Positions 63,326 through 64,000 of a stretch of DNA of 64,000 nt are shown here, piece by piece. Positions within the stretch are counted from its first letter, which is position 1. Every line of letters starts with the position of its first letter. Under the pieces are notes generated by a model. It was not told the origin of the DNA and did no database searches. It saw only the letters and a list, made by a program, of their open reading frames with translations. The stretch lies in assembly GCF_000143415.4 (NCBI RefSeq), contig NW_003314262.1, positions 857,878 through 921,877 of the forward strand. The letters run 5' to 3'. The stretch is from Selaginella moellendorffii (taxonomy: Eukaryota; Plantae; Lycopodiophyta). A program made the position numbers and the translations under genes.

Positions 63326-63859
63326 AGTTAAACATAACAAAATCTTTATATTAGAAATCTCTTCTACAATTGATTCTATCACATCATAACATAATAAATA
63401 TAACTCATTACATTATATTATATTTAAAACTCTGATTATTGAGTGAAGTCTTGGATCTCCTATAAATGGAATTTCTCATTGTGAGAGAACATGGCCAGAT
63501 GAGTCATTTAGAGATTGAGGTTTAATAACATGTTTTTTCATTTGAAATATCTATATAATTAATAAAAAGATATTACTTGATGATACATTCAACTCTATAA
63601 TTTTCCCTCTCAATAAAGTAAGTATATAATGATGTTAAAAATATATTTAACATATATTTAAAACTCACCTAAAGTACATACATCTTTTAAATTTTAAAAA
63701 TATAGATATTGTTTTGGAGTTTCTCTTTTCATCATTTCAGACTGAAAGTTTTGGAATTGCATAATACTAAGTGAAAGATGTTAGCTTTATGTGTTATATT
63801 TTCTTTTAAAAACTTTTAATATTTTACATGTTTATTTTTTATATTCCATTTTTACCTAA

Positions 63860-64000
63860 TGGAGGACTCTAGTGGAGCCAGTTTGGTCAGGAAAGACTAG
63901 TGTGACCAAAGAAGGCTATACGCATATGGTGGGTGATGCTATAACCATTGAGACATCCAAGGCTGGAGGGAACATAAATGGCCAAGTTGGGTAACTTGGT
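63860..64000 (+). mobile_element. LTR fragment of the non-coding hairpin-chain family, running off the window end
   Basis: ggaggactctagtggagccagtttggtcaggaaag... matches 25338 onward and 22802 onward. Confidence 0.8.

Overview
Eukaryotic land-plant DNA. Tiny (~45-60 nt) GT-AG introns, very short intergenic spacers and a ciliary DLEC1/FAP81 gene suggest a plant with flagellated sperm, most likely a lycophyte such as Selaginella (inference). 1-4.2 kb: gene debris including a CFIm25 pseudogene. 4.7-19.7 kb: four tightly packed genes, namely an unusual INO80D/KANSL2-type zinc-finger + AP2 fusion, a CNNM/DUF21-CBS protein, a BIG-type Sec7 ARF-GEF and DLEC1. 21.4-46.5 kb: a nest of LTR retroelements. 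It is dominated by several copies of a non-coding LTR element and also holds a decayed Ty3/gypsy that shares its LTR motifs and PBS. 46.5-64 kb: AT-rich DNA with gene fragments, Helitron-like 3' ends and a full-length Ty3/gypsy (175-bp LTRs, 4-bp TSD) carrying a MITE. The most striking observation is that the non-coding element's presumed transcribed part (~25.3-30.0 kb) is an almost unbroken chain of short back-to-back stem-loops. These have G.U pairs on the + strand, conserved stems with variable loops between copies, and two tandem tRNA T-arm mimics. This makes it a candidate giant structured mobile RNA. All family assignments are by eye; no searches or folding programs were run.
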